DNA of 64,000 nt from Lama guanicoe. Its lineage: Eukaryota. Shown in pieces: positions 11,490 through 24,214 of the stretch. The notes beneath the pieces are model-generated. The model was not told where the DNA came from. It made no database searches and saw only the letters and a list, made by a program, of their open reading frames with translations. Where the stretch lies: positions 5,693,902 to 5,757,901 of the forward strand of contig MU053652.1 of NCBI GenBank assembly GCA_013239625.1. The letters are read 5' to 3'. How positions within the stretch are numbered: position 1 is the first letter of the stretch; each line of letters starts with the position of its first letter. A program made the translations under genes and the position numbers.

Positions 11490-12370
11490 AAAAATATTTA
11501 AAGATAGCTATTATAGCCTTCTTTCCTCCAGACTAAACAAACTAAAATATTTTTTAAATGTTTATTTTTACTTTTTTTTTTAAATGTCTCTTCATCTGGC
11601 ATGGGACTCTTCTGGTATGAGAAACTGAATGTCCATTTTGTCCATGTCTTTAAGTTTCAACACCACTTTGTCTGTATCTTCAACATTAAGACTCAACATC
11701 AAAAACCATGTGCAATATGGAAGTAAATTACCAGTGCGAGAAAGAGCAGACCTCTGGCTTCACTTCTATGAGATGTTTTTCTTATTGTTGTTATTGCAGA
11801 AATGTCTTATTGCTATTATTGCTAAAGGTGGTTCCAGCTTCTGGTAGTCATACTGTTGATTCATGTTGAATTTACTGTCAACCCAAGTTCCCCTGTCTCT
11901 TTCAAGGTAGCCACCAAACCATTTTTTCTTTAAATGCTGTACTGAAGAAGTTAATTTTTTGGATCTTAAACTTATCTCCTTCAGTTTGTTTGACTTGACT
12001 CATCTCTTCACCCTGTCAAATCTATTTTGGTTTATATAATCCATTTATTATCCCACTCAATTTTTTATCATCTTCATATTTAAGACTGTGCTGTCTGTTC
12101 ATTTAAGCCACTGATAATATTTGGCAGCACACAAAGGTCAAAGACAGAACCCTGGGGCACAGTTCTTTGTGCAGTTGGGATTCTTAATCACTAGCCTTTG
12201 AGTACAGCTGCTGATCTAATTACTGGTTGTCCCATCATCGTCCAGTCTCCGTTCCGCCATCTTCTCCATTTGGGTATGGAAAGCCCTGCTGGATGTTTTG
12301 CTGTAATCCAGGGCACATTATTGGCTGTATTTTCTGACCAGACTCATGGTCCCTTCAAGGAAAATTATGA
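11490..12370 (-). mobile_element. L3/CR1 LINE fragment
   Basis: Antisense L3 motifs 'aaatatttaaagatagctatta..cttctttcctccagactaaaca' and 'tcatactgttgattcatgttgaatttactgtcaacc'. Confidence 0.7.
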
Positions 12371-12749
12371 AGTTATTGTACAGAACATAATATGTTCAGA
12401 AAGTTTGCTGAAGGTAAAGTAGGTGCCATGAATAATTCACAAAGTCAATCATCCACAAGGTGGTAAGAGTCAGCTGTGTGAGAATAGGGTCTGAGTGTGT
12501 CCCACTGACTAATTCTCATTCTAGGCCCCGTTATTTTAGCTTTGCTTTTAATCATCAGAGCGGCATATCCTCTTAACAATAAATAATAGAAAATATCAGG
12601 GGAGTACTCGAGTGAGAAGTATTCAGTTGTAGGTAAATGTTGAATGGAGACTAGACATTGTTAGGGTGATATACAAGGTGAAGCTCTTAAAAAGCTCATT
12701 TACAAAACACATGTCTATCTTTTGGGTATTAGTGTTATCACTGAAATGG

Positions 12750-12910
12750 CCCAAGACAGACTTAGAATCCTGACTGGTATTCGATAGTACTGTGATCTGT
12801 ATCAGGTAGGAAGTATCTGCCTCTCAAAGTTGCTGTAAGGATTAATTAGAAATTGTCACATGTACCTAGCATAGTCCCTGGCATAGTATGGACTTAATAT
12901 TTTATCCTAT
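12750..12910 (+). mobile_element. MIR SINE
   Basis: 'ctgcctctcaaagttgctgtaaggattaatta..cctagcatagtccctggcatagta'. Confidence 0.7.
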
Positions 12911-13189
12911 TAATTAATCAAGCATTAACTATATGCTGTTATGTACCAGATACTGGGCATTTTTGGTATGATAACAAAGCAATGTATATTTTCCCATCTG
13001 TTAAAATATGTACATTATATATAAGTAAGTAAATATGTATACACATAGACTGCATTGAATCTAGTTGGAGTCTACATGATTCATCAATGAATTTTTCATT
13101 TTTCAACCAAAACATTTGAACACTTAGACTGAGGCTATGTATATGAGGCCAGAACAGTTGGTTGTTTTGGTCATTTCATAGATCCAAAC

Positions 13190-13350
13190 GATTTCAGAGA
13201 TTGGAGGGACCTTATAAATAATAAAGTCCAATTCGTACATATCATACGTTAGGAAACTGAGGCCAAAAGGTGATTTTTCCAAGACTATTACGTCTTAGAG
13301 CAAAAACCAAATTTGTTTTTCTCGTATTCCTAGTCCATCAGCATTAGGTA
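13190..13350 (-). mobile_element. MIR-family SINE
   Basis: 'agagattggagggacctta..agtccaa..aggaaactgaggccaaaaggtgatttttccaag'. Confidence 0.7.
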
Positions 13351-14249
13351 TGTTTCCTACCCATCACATGGAACAGATGCCTCAGAAGGAGCCTGGAACC
13401 CTCAAACTTGTGACTTGGTATCACAAACCCCAAAATGGGAAATGCCATCTCAACCTGGCCTACTGATTTGAATATTAAAATCAGTAAAACTTAAAAAGAT
13501 ATGACAAATCTTGGTGGTGGATATGCTTGTTTGTATATTGGAAATATTTTATAGTAAATAGTAACTCAGTTAAAATTGACCACTCTTTGTGGGCACAGTT
13601 CATCAATATTATGATGTTCATGTTACTGGAATGTTGATCCCATTTAAAGGATCAACAACAAATCTATTTGGAAAGGGAGTTGCTCTTGTATAGCATAACT
13701 TGAGGTAAGCTCAAAAAAATCAATGGAAAATGAGAAGCTATGCTTTCTTTCATGAAAAAAGTCAGCTAGGTAATCGTGTTGAATCATATCTGATGTCAGG
13801 GTGGAGGATGAGAAGGTGGAGGTGATGCCCAGAGAGTAGGGATACAGTAGTTGAATGTCGCTGTGATGCTGATTCGAAACTCTCTTCCACTTGGTGAAAG
13901 CCATACTAAGGGATAAGATTCTCCTTCAAGCCAAGGTTGCTTACAAATTCAAGGTCATTTTCTAAATTCCACAAAGCTTGTCTGTGTGCCAAACTTTTCT
14001 GGTTCTATTTTTATTCTTTTTGCCTTAAAAAGATATCTCAGAACACAGGTTCTATGATTCCTGCTTTGTGATATGTTATTAGTGCCCATCCCTGTTGCTG
14101 AGGCCATTGTCAACAGGGGGCTATTAGGGCGGACAGCTGGGCAATGAACGAGGGCTGAAGGGGCTGCAGCCTACGTATGGAGACCAGCAAGGCGATGCGC
14201 TGGGGATTCTTCCATTTGAGAACCAAAATAAATCACAGAGGGTGAATTA

Positions 14250-14380
14250 AACCTTTTCTATTCTGCAAAATGGGGAAACTGAGGGCCCGAGGGAGAGAAA
14301 TAATCTGCCCAGTGTTCAGACATTATTATCAGAGTTGGCCTTAAAACTCTGGTGATTTAATAGCAGAGTCCAAGTGATTT
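14250..14380 (-). mobile_element. MIR SINE
   Basis: 'aaaatggggaaactgagggcccgagggagagaaataatctgccca'. Confidence 0.7.
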
Positions 14381-14384
14381 TTTT

Positions 14385-14935
14385 AAATAAAATATTTGTA
14401 CAGAAAGGTATAAAAAGTAATATAAGAAACACAAGTGTACCCATTCCCCTTCATGTCAAATTAAACTTATCGCTGTATTTTCTTTGGCCTTTTTTTGAAG
14501 CCCAGTTAGTATACATCCCTGATTCTCTTTCCTTTCACCTTCCTTCTCCAGAGCTGACTGCTGCCCCTGAAAGCCTGCTTATGGCCCTCTGCATGTCTGT
14601 GTGATTTTACTACATGCAGACATGCCATGCATAATACCCAATATTACTCAGCATGTTACAAACATTGGATACAATTATTGGGCTCTATACATTCTTCTAC
14701 AGGCTGCTTCTGTGGCTCAGCAGAGTGTTTTTGAGATTTCTCTGTGTTAAAACACGTAGCTCCAATTAACTGATTGTAACTGTGCATGGCATTCCAATGC
14801 ACAGACACATTATAATCTATCCATTCTTCTCTGTTGATAGGTATTTAGTTGAGTCCTGATTTTTTGTTATTAGAGACAAAGCCATGGTGAACATTCACAT
14901 ATGTCTCCTTTTGCACTGGTGTGAGTTTCTCTAGA
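14385..14935 (-). mobile_element. Old L1 (L1ME/L1MC-like) 3' region
   Basis: 'tttttgagatttctctgtgtt..tatccattcttctctgttgataggtatttagttg..gtgaacattc..tgtgagtttctctag'. Confidence 0.75.
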
Positions 14936-15127
14936 TTGGAGTTTCCCTGCTGCTGGGCCTGTGAAAGGTTAGAGTGAGGTGCTCAGGCCCGAACTGCCGA
15001 ACAGGGCTGGGGCTGGTGGCTTCAAGCCTTTAGCAGTTTCATCCTCTTAACATGGGGTACTGTGTAAATGCCATCGCTTTCTGTGTTTGCCTGAGATGTG
15101 AAAAGGTGGGGAAGGACTGTATTAAGG

Positions 15128-15316
15128 CAATGGTTCTCAAACACTAGAGAATCACCTGGAGGCCTTGTTAAAATGATTGCTGTTCCCCCCTCACCTTTTG
15201 GAATTTCTGATTCAGTAGGTCCTCTAGTGGGGTCCACGGTATTTGCATTCTAACAAAATCCCAAGTGATGTTGATGTTAATGTTCCCGGTCTGGGGAACA
15301 CATTTGAGAGCCCCTA
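15128..15316. mobile_element. MER5A hAT-Charlie MITE
   Basis: 'caatggttctcaaac..agaatcacctggaggccttgttaaa..tttctgattcagtaggtc..atttgcattctaacaa..cacatttgagagcc'. Confidence 0.9.
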
Positions 15317-15789
15317 GGGTGTACATGTAGGAGTTGAATAGGAAGTTCCAAGTGATTATTTAAATGCCTTTGCGTTATTGCCAATTGTTTTATCATAATT
15401 AGTATATAATATAATCTAGAATATAATTTACAAATGGAAATGATATGATTCTGTAATTGAGTAGCTTGGTATTTGCAAGCTTTTGTGTGAAAGGATGATG
15501 AAGAGCATTTAATCATACTCAGAAACAACTTCCCCTTAACTGTAAATTCCGCATTCCCTCTTGGGTGTTTGGAACCAGGAAGAGGGCTTTAAAAAGGCAA
15601 CTGAGTGAGAAAAGCAGCCCTCCCTTCCTTTCCCTGTTATCTTTATGGTGTAATCAATAGGTACATCACCCATCACCAAGAAAGGAAAGCAAAAAGGGAA
15701 ATGTTACCATTAGAACATTGTCAGCCCTCAGCAAAGCTGTAAAGTAATCAGTGTTCTCCCCTGTGTACCTCCTTTGGCGCAGGTTTGTT

Positions 15790-16653
15790 CCTCAAGGTCT
15801 ACTCTGGTTTCTCTCTCCTTTCATATTCTGAGCATCCAATTTCACTGTGGGTGCTGAGAGGGTTACCCACACCAAGCAGCATTTGTGACACCAGCTGGGT
15901 GTCCAATAGGTCAATTCAAATCTGGAGCTATCTACCTGGGGATAGATTCAGATTCCGCAGATTAAGGGTTCATCCCATGAGAATAAATCCTCCGCCCTCC
16001 TCCGAGCACACACAGCTTCAGACACCAGTCACAAGCCCAGGTTATTACCTGTACTGACCTTCTGGCTATAGATCAAAGATTGCCACGACCCCTCCCTCCT
16101 TGGGTATGATTAATTTGCTAGAGTGGCTCACAGAACTCAGGAAACTTGTTTACTCACCAGATCACCAGTTTATTATAAAAGAATATAGCTCAGGAAAAGC
16201 CAGATGGAAGAACTACATGGGGCAAGGTATGAAGAAAGGGCACAGAGCTCCCATGCCCTCTTCAAGTGCTCCATGCTCCCCAAATCTCCACGTGCTCACC
16301 ATCCCGGACATTCTCCAAATTCCCTCCTCTTGGGTTTTTATGGAGGCTTCATTACATAGGCGTGATTGACTAACTCAGTGGCCACTGGTGGTTGGACTCA
16401 GTCCCTAACCCCTCTGCCCCTCTCTGGTGGTCAGGAGATGGGACTGGACGTTCCAACCCTTTAATCACTTGGTTGGCTGTCCTGGCAACCAGCCAGCATC
16501 TTTAGTACTTTCCAAAAGTCACTTCATTAACATAACAAAAGACACCTTGATCGCGCTCATCACTTAAGAAATTACAAGGGTTTTAGGAGCTCTGTGCCAG
16601 AAACAGGGACAAAGGCCAAATCTATATTTCTTTACATAAATCATAGTTTCACA
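15790..16653 (-). mobile_element. MER21-family solo LTR
   Basis: 'gacaccagctgggtgtcc', 'gattaatttgctagagtggctcacagaactcagg', 'aagggttttaggagctctgtgccagaaacagggacaaag', right end 'tttcaca'; left boundary uncertain. Confidence 0.85.
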
Positions 16654-16940
16654 CTGTTGCTCCCCCTGCAGCCCATACAGCACTCAGGCTTCTTTGGAGA
16701 GAGCTCTGCCTTCAGAACTTTTCTCTTTTGAGAACTTTTCCCCTGCTCTTCTCAAAAGACATCTGTTTCTCTCCCTCTGCAAGGATGATGCTCTTCTTAT
16801 CCTGTCAGTAAAAAGACACCAATGAAATGCAATCTTTCACGAGCAATAATTCAGGTTGGTAGGGAGACGTGTGCTGAAATAGATGTCCACCCCTATCTGC
16901 ACCCCTCTGTACTTGACACAGAGCCACACCTGGTGAAAAG

Positions 16941-16956
16941 CAGCGCCCCCTTCCGT
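16941..16956 (-). promoter_or_regulatory. CTCF-like motif
   Basis: Minus strand acggaagggggcgctg has an intact AGGGGGCGCTG core. Confidence 0.35.
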
Positions 16957-17069
16957 GCCCCCATCTGAGTGAGCCGGCCCTACACCCACCCCGCTGGAAG
17001 ATGAGGGGCCCTCGTCGGGCTGTCTTCTCACTCACGCCCCTTACACAGCCCCTGCTGGTTTGCGCCTGT

Positions 17070-17790
17070 CACCTTGTCCACCCCGCTGCCTCCCCTCTGT
17101 CCACATCCCCGCAGCCTCTCCTCTGGTTGATCATGACAGCCCCCGAAGTGCTCTCCGCTCTTGTTCCCTTCTGATTTACTCTTCACAGAGTAGCCAGGCT
17201 GACCTTTAAAAAACAAAAACTAGACATGTCGCTCCACAGCTGAAAGTCCCCCCTCGTGGCTCCTCTTTGCTCTTAGAGTTAAATCTAAACTTTTTAGCCT
17301 GACCTGACCCGGTCCCTGCCTGACTCCAGCTCCACTCCACACCGTCCCCACCCCGTCCTGGTTTCCAGCAGGCTCACCAGACTTCTTGCTCTTTTTGCCC
17401 CCCATGGCATTGGATTCACTCCTGTATTCAGCCCTTTGCACAGGTTCTTCTCTTGACTTGAAAAGTTCTTTCCTCCTCTACCATTTTGCCTTTTCTCCTT
17501 GTTAACTTGTACCTGTCTTTGAGTGGAGCAGAAACATCACTCCCGCAGGACAGGCTTCCCTGACCATCCCCTCCCATCACAGTGGGTTGGCTCCCATGTG
17601 AAGAGCAGCGCCGCCTCTCTCTCCTCCTTCATGGCTCTCCTAATACTTCTAATTATGTATTTTTTGTTTCGTTTCCCTTCAGGACTGTAAGCTTAATGAG
17701 GGCAGGGATCTGGGCCTTTCTCTTCTCAGCACTGAGAAGAGTTCCCCAGGGATTAGGGAGCACTCAGTAAATGCAATAAATGTCAGTGGC
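17070..17790 (+). mobile_element. L2 3' portion
   Basis: 'cacagagtagccaggctgacctttaaaaaacaaaaactagacatgtc..gactgtaagcttaatgagggcagggatct'. Confidence 0.8.
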
Positions 17791-17835
17791 TGATTGATTT
17801 AAATTCTTGACTGCATTTCCATGTATTGATTGTAA

Positions 17836-17858
17836 ACACACACACACACACACACACA
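17836..17858. repeat. (AC)11 microsatellite
   Basis: Read directly. Confidence 0.95.
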
Positions 17859-18529
17859 TTTAAATTTCTCAACATCATTTACCTGTAAATCTGAGACGGT
17901 GTGGCTAGTTTAAAAACTCAACACCAATAGACTAGAGATCAAATCTGTACGATTATTTTTGTGTTGTTTATGTTGTCACTAAAGATAAGTGGAAACATTT
18001 GATTAGCAAGTCCCTCTATCTGACTATCTTTCTTACCAGTAATATTATAGAAGACAGCATTTCCAGGGTGCAAGATGGGATTTGAACTTGGGAAGGTGCC
18101 TGTCAGTCAGCAGATTGTAAAAGGAAGACTCAGAACTCAAGTGAAGTGAAGTTTAAAGAATACAATCTGAGACTTTATGTAGATGAATAGGAATATGACG
18201 TTGAGCTCCTAATTTCTAGGGTGAAAGTAAGTAACTCCTGAGGTCCTTAAGTTTATTTGAAGCAAACCTAATATTTGAAAATCTAGGTTTAGGTTTTTTT
18301 CTGAAATGATTCAAGAATAAAAGCTAGGAATCTGGATCTATAGCATCCAAGTTGTTTTTAGTAAAAAGAAATGATTTATCTAAAAGATTATGAAGTCCCA
18401 AATAATATATGATTAATCTAAAATGATGAAACTCTTAAAATAATTATGCCACATATTAAATAAAGGTTGTTTATGAAGCAATTCCCGTAGTGAAGTCCAA
18501 GTTGGTCTGACTCCAGATACCACTCTTGA

Positions 18530-18680
18530 CCTTGGATGGACTCCAGGTTTGAGCAGCTCTGCTTTATAGTAGTTGTGTGACCCAATAGGTTGTCCTTTTG
18601 CAGTCTTAGTCTTCTGATCCATAAAAAGCACATAATCATAGTTGCCATCTCATCCAGCTGTTGGGGTTTAAATGACATAA
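18530..18680 (+). mobile_element. MIR SINE (degraded)
   Basis: 'ccaggtttgagcagctctgctttatagtagttgtgtgacc..ttggggtttaaatgacataa'. Confidence 0.55.
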
Positions 18681-18714
18681 ACTCTCCCGCAATATTGGAA
18701 TGGCCTTGCAGTTT

Positions 18715-19223
18715 CTAAAACTTCCTCACCACCATGGCCAGAATGATCCTTTTAAAAAATCGGCCAGATCAACTAACTCCTTGCTCAAACCCTTTAGTGG
18801 CTCCTCGTTTCTACCAGAGGAAGACCTCCCAGGCCCTCCATCATCTGGCCCCTGCAATCCCTCTGTCCCAGCGACACTGGCCTCCTTGCTGTTCCCTGAA
18901 CACACCAGGAACACTCTGGCCTTGGGCCTCTGGGCTCCTTCTCTACCTCCTTCGAGTCTTGGCTCAGTTGTCACCTTCTAAAGGGGACCTGCTGACCACA
19001 CTGTACAACACTGTACTCCTGCCCCCCTCTCTGGCCCCCGTATCCTCTATCTGTTCTTCTTCCATCACGTATTATTTGCTTTGTTTTTTATTGTTTGCTT
19101 CCCTCTGTTAAGTGGTAAGCTTCCTGACAGCAGGAATCTTTGTTTGCTTCACTGATAGATTTCAAGCACCTAGAACAGTGCCTGGTATATGGTGTCCAGT
19201 GTGTAGTTGTTGAGTGAATGAAT
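18715..19223 (+). mobile_element. L2a 3' end
   Basis: 'ccagaatgatccttttaaaa..ctggcctccttgctgttccctgaacacaccagg..cacctagaacagtgcctggtatat..ttgttgagtgaatgaat'. Confidence 0.9.
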
Positions 19224-19579
19224 TTTGACTCAAGTAGTTTAGTACAGCTCCTGGCACGTACTAGACATTGAAGAAATGTTGGCCAGTTTTCTTTTTGATT
19301 TAATGAGAGGAAGGGATTTTGTATTGCTTTTTAAAAATATAGAACAGAAACCAAAAAAAAAAAAAGAATAAGAGAAGAAAAATGGGAAAGAGGAAAGTGG
19401 GAAGGAGAGAGAAGAGGGAAGAGAACCACACATATGAGAGAGGTTGAGGGAACAGAGGTTAGGGAATTAGAAAAGAGATTAAAAAAAAAAAAATCCCTCT
19501 TTGGCTTGCTTCTCTGCTTCTTCCCCCAACCCCCAAAGTAAAGTGAAAATTGTAAGAGGGATTTAATAATGATGTATAG

Positions 19580-19800
19580 CAGAATGGGCAGACTTTTTGT
19601 AAAGGGTCAGATGGTAAATATTTCAAGGTTTGTGGGCCATTTGGACCCTGTCAAGGCCTCAACTCTGCCATTAGAGTTTGAAAGCAATCATGATTAATAC
19701 AGAAATAAATGGATGTGGCTATGTTCCAATAAGGTTTTTTTTTTAATTTTTATTTTTCTGCACAACAGGTTGTCTAGGCTGTACTGGTTTCTGGCCCAAC
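19580..19800. mobile_element. MER58A hAT-Charlie MITE
   Basis: 'ttttgtaaagggtcagatggtaaatatt..tgtgggccat..tcaactctgccatt..aaatggatgtggctatgttccaataa'. Confidence 0.85.
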
Positions 19801-20234
19801 ATATTTTGTTGCAAAAGTTTTCACCTTTGCAGGGTTGGGATTAAATGAATGAAAACCTAAGTATTTACATCAAGACCACTCGTGATAAAAACTCACATCA
19901 AGCTAGGAATGCAGTGGACCTTCCTTCCCCTGATAAAGGGTACCTAACAAAAATTTATGGCAACATAAATCTTAAAGGTGAAACATCAGAATATATCTTT
20001 CAAAGAGAGTAAGACAGGAATGTTCCTATTTCCTGCTCCACTTATCATGCTACTGTTAGTCTTGGATAATATAGTAAGACAAGAAAGAGAAATATTTATA
20101 GGTATAAGGAAGAAGAAGGAAGAAACTAAGCTTGTTCTTACGTGTAGGTAATATCATTAAAATGAAATCGAAGATCATCTATGAACTATTTAAAGTAACA
20201 AGAGAGTTTGCAACGCTGCCAGATATAAAATCAG

Positions 20235-20400
20235 TTTATGCTAACATGCACCTTGGATTACTATGCGCCAGGAACTTCGAGTGTGTTAATGTATTTACCT
20301 CTCACAACCACCTTATGGGGTAGCACTGTTATTATTCCCATTTGAAATTTGAGAAAAATGAGTGACAGAGAGTTTAAAGCATTTATCCCTGGAGATAGTT
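20235..20400 (-). mobile_element. MIR inserted in L1
   Basis: 'ttactatgcgccagg..tcacaaccaccttatggggtagcactgttattattcccattt..gagaaaaatgagtgacagagagtttaa'. Confidence 0.8.
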
Positions 20401-21849
20401 ATGTGATAAAATAAGGGTGAACTTACCCTAGAATTGATGATAAGGCTTCTCTTCCTCTTACACACCAGAAATAGCTCATTAAAAATGTAAGAAAAAAATA
20501 CTTTTCATCATAGCAACTGAAACTAGATGGTCCTTTGGAATAAATGTAAGAAAACTTTGTAAAATCATTATGGAGAAAATATAAACATTATTGGGAGATA
20601 GAGAAGACGACCTGAATAACAAGTTAGATAACATTATATTTATTTAAATTCACATAGTGGATGTTTCAATTCTGCCAAGTTGTGTTACGGTGTGTGTTTG
20701 AGAGAGAGAGAGAGTAGACAGAATTCTAAAACTCAGATGCTAATGTATCATTGCAAGAATAGCCAGACAATTCTGAAAGAAACAAGTAAAAAAGCAGAAA
20801 AAAAATTGCCTATATATTGATTTATAAAAAGGTTTTAGTACCTGGCACAGTTTGGAATTGGGAGTTAGCACAGGGGAAAACAATATATCAAATAGAATAC
20901 AATGAGTGTCACATACAGATGGGACCTTGGTAGGTGATGGAATACAGTATAGAAAGAATGGACTCTCCATTGTTTTTTTTTGTTGTTGTTGTTGTTAAAA
21001 AATTAGGTCACTACCTTACACCATTTATTTTTATTTAAGATGGATTAGAGAGCATATGTGAAAAACTTATAACTATATGTGGGAAATACAGTTATAACAT
21101 AGATGATGGATAGATAGATGGATAAAGATATCAGAGGATATCTTTTTGACATCAGGGTATGAAAAAAACAATGGATTGGACCACTTGAAATTAAAGATCT
21201 TCTGAATGATTGAAGATCCCCCCAAACAAAGGTAAAGCTAGGCCACATGCTGGTAGAAAGTATTGGCATATATGTCAGACCAAAGACTCCTAGAAGTTAT
21301 TTTTGAAAAGGTAAAAATAATAGTCAAATGGAAAGATGGGCAAAGAAGATGAATGACTAGGTCCCACATTGAAGAGGAAATCCAAAGAGCCAGGGCGTGT
21401 ATGAAGGCGTGCTAAATCACACTAGTGAGTAATCAGGAAAATGTAAACCAACAGAAAAGTGAGATGCCGGCTTACTTTTACCTGACAGGAAAAAGAAAAA
21501 AAAAATCTGATAATGCCAAGTGTGAAAGAGCAAGTAGGAAAGCAGTGGGAGTGAAAGGTGGTCAGCCTTTTTGAAGAGCAATTTAGTAATCTCCGGTAAA
21601 GTTTAAAGTACATGTATTCCGTGACTTAATAACTCTGCTCTAGGTAAATGCCTTGGAGCAACTTTTGCATATATATTCAAGGATTTCATGCAACACTGTT
21701 TACAATATCAAAAACTTAAGAAAAATTCAAATAAACCTTAGTATAGAAATGGATAAATTCTGAAGCATGCATAAAATAGATTATTCTAGAAGTTAAATAA
21801 ATTGAGTAAAATAGAATATTCTAGAAGTTAAATAAATTCACTGAATTTC

Positions 21850-22048
21850 TGTTGCTCATTCAGCAAGTATTTGTTGAACATCTACTATATGGCAAGCACT
21901 GTTTATGTGCTCAGGATGCATTATTGAACAAAACAGAAAAAAGTCCCTCTATTTTGCTTAGAGTCTGATGGTAAGAAGACAACATATTATAAACAAAAAC
22001 GCAAGAGTAAATTTAATAGCATGTTCAAAGTTGATAAGTGCAATGGAA
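21850..22048 (-). mobile_element. L2a 3' end inserted in L1
   Basis: 'tcattcagcaagtatttgttgaacatctactatatggcaagcactgt..tgaacaaaacagaaaaaagtccct'. Confidence 0.85.
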
Positions 22049-22963
22049 CAGATTAATCAACAGTAATAGATTTTGAAGTCGTATCTTTGAACAGATAAAA
22101 GAAGATTTACGGATACATATAAATGGGGTAAAATATGAAAATATTACTGAATGTGCACCAGATTCCCAGCCTAGTGGCTGACTCTGAAGAGAGAGTGGGA
22201 GGGAAATGGGATTTCAGAAATACAAATTACTTTATTTGTAGCTTTTTTCAAATAATAGAAAAAAATCTGAAGCAAATATGACAAAATGTAATTTTTAAAT
22301 TTTAGATGGTGGGTACAGAGGTGTTGCTATATTTTCCTTTGTACTTTTTTTGGTACATTAAAAGAAACGACTGAATAAGAAAAAGTCCAATGCACAAAAG
22401 CAGACAGTGAATGTTAGCCTTTGCTGCTCTCATTGTGAAATTGTTCCTATTTAATTCTCTGCCCACAGCATTATTTAAGGCCTTAAATAACCTGCAGCCG
22501 GCCTGACTCCATTCCCGGCTGGACTCTGCCACTGAATTAGCTCTACTGCCCTACTTGACGTGAAGGGATTTGGTGTTTTGAGTCAGACTTTTTTTTACTT
22601 AAATTAAATTCCATGGCAATTGCTTGCTGTTTTTTTTTTTTTCAAAGCTAAACTCTAGTTCTAAAGAGTACCTACAGAGAGACACTATATGCATAATTTA
22701 GGTAAATTGCTAGTGAAAGATTTGTTTTAATTACTTTTAATATCTAAATGGTACTAGGACTTTAAATAGACTCCATTTGAAGTCCCACGTGGAGACGTAA
22801 ATGTGCCTTTCTAAGCTTGCTTACTCCACCGTGAAGCATGTTAGCCATCCAGGGCGGCAGGTAGAGGTAGGGGAGGATGGGCTGCCCACCCTACATTGGG
22901 GACAGGAAATCTCCAGCTCTTTAGCTTGCTTGGGCTTCAGAGAGGGGGTATATGTGGAAGTAT

Positions 22964-22966
<3 letters not shown>

Positions 22967-23006
<40 letters not shown>
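22967..23006. repeat. (TG)20 microsatellite
   Basis: Read directly. Confidence 0.97.
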
Positions 23007-23010
<4 letters not shown>

Positions 23011-23569
23011 ATACAGACGTATATATGCATGCTTGTGAGGGTGCGGTACCCAAGGGAGTAATTTCAGAGGAGAAACAGGAGTTCTGAGCTTCCTCTCCCT
23101 CAGGCGCCATCACATCATCATGGATACACTGCTTGCCTCTCCACTCTGAGCAAGGGGTTGGCACGGCTCAAGAAAGTTGGGCCCTATGAAGGGTTTAAAA
23201 GAATACATTTACCATGGCACGTGAAAAGGAGAAAGAACAGCAATGAAGCTTATCTTCAATACTCTCCAACTCTCCTTTCAGGACCGTGTGTTCCCTCATC
23301 TCTTGCAACTTACGGCAACTGCTCTTCCAGAAGCCCAGTGCCTTACCTTGTCGCTGGCTGCCCAGCATTTCCTTTAGCTGACTCCGGAGCCACCTATTTT
23401 GAATGGATTTTATCTTTTAAATTATTCCTTTTTTTTCCCTTCTCACAACCTTATCACCCCTTGTACCTTTCCACTTCATCTCAATCAAAACAACTGCCCC
23501 TCTGTGTCTTCACTTCTGTTTCTCAGCTCTTTCGTCTGGGTAGAATGCGCGTCCTTGCTTTCTGGTGCT

Positions 23570-23808
23570 CCGCTTGGCCAGGCTCAGATGTCAACTTGTT
23601 GTGATCCCATTATTTATACGGCAGCCACTTCTTTTTCCCTGGAAGCTCTTTTTACATGACCTCTATTACCACAGCTCACACTTTGTACTATAATTGCCTG
23701 TTGGTACATTTAAGTTCCTCTCTAATCATGGAGAAAACATTTTATTAATCTGTGTTTCCCCAGCACATAGCATACTGCCTGATAATAGGTACTTAATGAA
23801 TGAATGAA
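23570..23808 (+). mobile_element. L2 3' end
   Basis: 'tctgtgtttccccagcacatagcatactgcctgataataggtacttaatgaatgaatgaa'. Confidence 0.75.
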
Positions 23809-24214
23809 CAGAAACTTCCATTTTATCAGTATCAGGAAGACATCTTAACTGAGGTGATACTGGTTTGGGGGGGCCTGCATGTTGTATATTTCTGCCCTCT
23901 CTCCCTATTATACTGCACTGGCATTTTATGGGCAAGTAAAATGAAATGCCTCAGCTTCTTCCCTCCTACAGATGCAACCCTGCCCTGAAACCTGCTGATC
24001 CCAGTCCACTGTCTCTGCCCCACTTTGTTTCCCCATTTTTGAGGTCAACTCTCTCTGGATTCTAGGGATCTCAGAAGAGCCTCCTTGCAACTTTCTGCAG
24101 TGGGTGATCCACCTCCCTCCTTTACCTGACCACAGACATGCTAATTACAGTCATTTACAGGAACTACTTTCATTTATTATTAATCACCATAGAACTCCAT
24201 AATTCAATATATGT

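Larger units (their letters stand above)
19868..22360 (+). mobile_element. Ancient L1 (L1ME-like): decayed ORF2 3' part plus 3' UTR, interrupted by MIR and L2
   Basis: 'tgataaaaactc..ctaggaat..ctgataaaggg', 'agtaagacaagaaagagaaat', 'caagaatagccagacaattctgaaag', 'ctagtgagtaatcaggaaaatgtaaa', 3' end 'aaaatctgaagcaaatatgacaaaatg..gatggtgggtacagaggtgtt'; no open frame. Confidence 0.85.

Noticed and set aside
23158-23604. 148-aa ORF
   Set aside because: Non-ATG start, no recognisable domain, no supporting splice sites, and it ends in L2-like sequence.
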